Below the pieces are notes generated by a model. The model searched no databases and was not told the origin of the DNA. It was given only the letters and a program-made list of their open reading frames with translations. From contig OZ287088.1 in NCBI GenBank assembly GCA_965645245.1, forward strand, positions 372,001 through 436,000: a stretch of DNA of 64,000 bases. Direction: 5' to 3'. Both the position numbers and the translations under genes were made by a program. Every line of letters starts with the position of its first letter. Position 1 is the stretch's first letter. This stretch comes from Massalongia carnosa (Eukaryota). Of this stretch, positions 60,934 through 64,000 are shown one piece after another.

Positions 60934-62799
60934 CAGAGGCGAATCTCAAAAGTAATAATAATACGCTAAAAGCTAGTGCCGTAATTTAAATTTTCCGTAC
61001 CGAGCAAATTTCCCCTTTTCTTTCCCCTTTTCTCATCCCAAATCATTTACGAACCAACATTTGATCAAATCATCATCATGGTCAATAAATCAGCTGATAT
61101 TTCTTTGCGGGCTCAGGTCTTGACGTTGTCTTATTGCACCCCGGCCTCAATTGAATTTATTGCAGCTACTACAGGTTATTCTGTCCCCAACATTTATCGT
61201 ATTCGTCGCATTGCCAGGGATCGAGGATTTGATCCCGCCATTTCTTTGCAGGTGCTTGATAAATACGCCCGTCATGAAGAAAAATCTGGTCGACCGAGAA
61301 AGGCTACTACTGAGAAAGAAGATGAAGTCATTGATCTAGTCATAAAAGACAGATACGCCCGTGAAAAAACCAGTGCCCAGTTGGCAAGAGAAGTTGGACT
61401 GTCCAGATGCACCGTGTGGAGAATCCTGAAACAAAGAGGCTATAAAAAAGTCAAACCGTCGTATAGACCAGGGCTTACTCCTGAAATGAAAGCGGCTAGA
61501 CTGGCTTTTTGTCTCCTGTATAAAGACTGGACCGTGGAGGATTGGAAGCGGGTTATTTGGTCAGATGAAACAGCAATAGTGCTTGGTCACCGTCGCGGAG
61601 CTGTCAAAATTTGGCGTACAACCAAGGAAGGAAGAAGACCAGTCAAATCCACCGTACGTGCCAGGTGGCATGGGGCTCATGAATTCATGTTTTGGGGATG
61701 CTTTTCCTACGATTGGAAGGGCCATGTCATTGCTGGAAACCGGAGACAAAAGCGGAAAAAGCGGAAGCCAAAACCAAGCTTGACGAGATGAATGCTGCAT
61801 TGGAAGCCAGTGAGAGATTAAATTGGGAGCTGACCAATGGAATGAGACGTCTTTCAACTCGCAATTTACCAGGAAAAAAGCCGCAATGGAAATGGGATGA
61901 GGAACATGGAAAGATGATCAGAAAAGAAGGTAAAGGAGGCATTGATTGGTGGCGGTATCAAAACGTCATACTTCTGCCAAAACTGATTCCTTTTGCTCAG
62001 CAATGCAATGCAAAAAGAAGAGAAGCCGGATTGTCTGAAATGATCGTACAGGAAGATAAGGCTCCGTCTCATGCTTCCAAGCATCAGATTCCCATCTTCT
62101 CTCGTCATGGCATCGAGCGTCTTTTATGGCCCGGAAACTCTCCTGATCTCAACATGATTGAACCCTGCTGGCCCTGGATGAAGCGACGTACAACTGCCAA
62201 AGGTCCTCCTAGTTCTCGGTTAATTGCTGAATCTATGTGGCATCGCACTTGGGACGATCTACCTCAGGAGAATATTCAGGCATGTATTGAAAGAATTCCA
62301 TGTCACATTGCAAAAGTCATTGAATTGGAAGGTGGAAATGAGTATTGCGAAGGACGTTTGGACGTTGATGGACGGACCAAAGAAGGAAAAATGCGACTTC
62401 AACAGCTGAGGGAAGAATTGCTCAGTAATACAGCAAAACCAGCTTCTTCTTCTTCTTCTTCTTCTTCTGTGGCGTCAACGAGACCATCATCCAGACAATC
62501 AAATGATGATACACCCAGCCCGTTGAATGTCAGGGCAGTTACCCCTGAGCCCCCTACACAGAAGCCATTGACACCCCCCTTATTGAGAAAAAGAGCCGTT
62601 TTATCTCCGAAAAATCACCTTCCCCCACGCATTCAAAAGGTGGTTCGTACTGCAGCCAGTTTCAGACCAAAAAGACGTTGATTAGATGGTTGGTAATGGC
62701 ATTTGTAGATAGTTGGTAGAATTTCAGGCTCGGTATGGAAAATCTAAATTACAGCGCTAGTCTTTAGCGTATTATCATTACTTTTGAGATTCGCCTCCG
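60934..62799 (+). mobile_element. Tc1/mariner-family DNA transposon
   Basis: About 72-bp imperfect TIRs at 60934-61005 and 62728-62799; TA TSD. Confidence 0.93.
61078..62681 (+). pseudogene. DD34E Tc1-like transposase with one frameshift near 61720
   Basis: SGRPRK, WKRVIWSDET, FWGCFSY, QEDKAPSH, WPGNSPDLNMIE. Confidence 0.9.
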
Positions 62800-64000
62800 T
62801 ACACCGGGCACTTGATACATACTATGTATACACCCTCTTCCCAAAAAGGTAAAGGGCCGGCACATTTCGCACAACTTTACCTTTCTTGGTTAGCAGATGA
62901 AAAATCAGATGGTGATTTGAAAACTATGCGGCAATGAAGTTTTCAGCATTGATCTGTTGCATCTCATCAAGATTGATAAGATGACATCTTCTAGCTACTC
63001 GGTCGCAATTGCCTCGTCAGTCCTACCCCTTCTTCCCCTGCCCGCCCTGCCCCCCCTGCCCGCCTCGCCGACCTTTTTCGCCTTGTCCGCCCTGTCCGCC
63101 CTGTCCGCCCTGCCCGCCCTGCCCGCCCTAGTTGCTGCTTGAGTCGCAGGCCTGGATGAGGCACGAGTGCCTGCCACCTCACCTTCATCTCATTGTCGCT
63201 CGCGCCCGCGCCCGCGCCCGCGTCCCGCTGATGTAGCCTCGGCTCTTGCCAGAACTCGTTCGATATTCGCTGGCAGTTCATTCCCATGTTGCTCTGCTAT
63301 TTCACCTTCAACGATTTCGAATTGAGATGGATTCCGATAGGTGGAGTTGTCCAATGCTTGTCTACGATTCTCCGCCCCTGCAGGACGTCCTCGAGGTTGG
63401 ACAACTGCTGGTTTTTCCACCTGAAGTAGCGGATCGAGAGCTGGATCATTGATTGGATCAGGTAAGGAAGATCTTTCAAACCTCCAATGAGGATGGACAT
63501 CTTCCAAAATCAGACATCCCTCAGGTCCGAATAAACGTTCCTGCACTTTGTGACTGTATGGTAATCCGGTAGTAGTTGTAAAGCTTCCAGTGCAACGATT
63601 GACTGCCGTTGCTTGGTCCGTCAACAGTCTGTATTGATCATCAATTCTTCTCAATGCGTATGGGGTTACGAACGCCGCGATGCGATTGAAAACTGGTTTT
63701 CGAAGATCCATAGGGTATCGCATCTTCGCTTCGTCAAAGGCTATCATGTAATTTTGTCGCTCGTTGATTAGAAGTAGGTTGATGCCATCTACAACTGTTT
63801 TTCAAATCTCCTACAGCTCAGTCAGTATTGAATGTTTCTTAGGGTTGTACTCATTACCTGTTGATACTCCGAGATGACGTTTAAGAGTTGCGTGCCCCCC
63901 CTCACCTCTAGAAGTAGTTGTGGTTCCGAAATGTAACACCTGATCGGTTTGAAATTTCACGAAGCGACGATGAAAGGACATGATGTACGTTTCTCGCAGA

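Larger units (their letters stand above)
60897..64000 (-). mobile_element. MULE-2, running off the window; its TIR is interrupted by a Tc1
   Basis: GGGTTCGGATACGGGGACACC resembles the MULE-1 TIR; transposase 3' part at 63190-64000 is homologous to MULE-1; intron at 63811-63857. Confidence 0.75.

Overview
Transposon-dense region of a filamentous ascomycete genome (inferred from the fungal TE families and short GT-AG introns); most of the window is mobile DNA in three nested clusters. (1) A truncated Ty3/Gypsy element (1830-18744, minus strand) carries two full-length Copia insertions and two Copia solo LTRs. (2) A tyrosine-recombinase (DIRS/Ngaro-type) retrotransposon is split by a Tad-type LINE, which itself contains an intact two-gene Tc1/IS630-like transposon. 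(3) A degraded Copia with a 29-copy tandem array is followed by a pogo/CENP-B transposon holding a MULE, and a second MULE holding a Tc1. A near full-length Tad-type LINE, several older remnants and three probable host ORFs are also present, one a vWA-domain gene with a nonsense codon. Most notable: the Tc1-like element with a convergent 725-aa cargo gene; Copia LTRs ending CT...AG and TG...TA; an Ndt80/MSE-like motif array plus covarying T-arm/B-box modules in a LINE 5' region; a 3' stem-loop motif shared by two LINEs; a palindromic candidate circle junction for the YR element; and an apparent CC-to-TC mutation bias in older repeats. All calls come from reading the sequence by eye; no searches were run.
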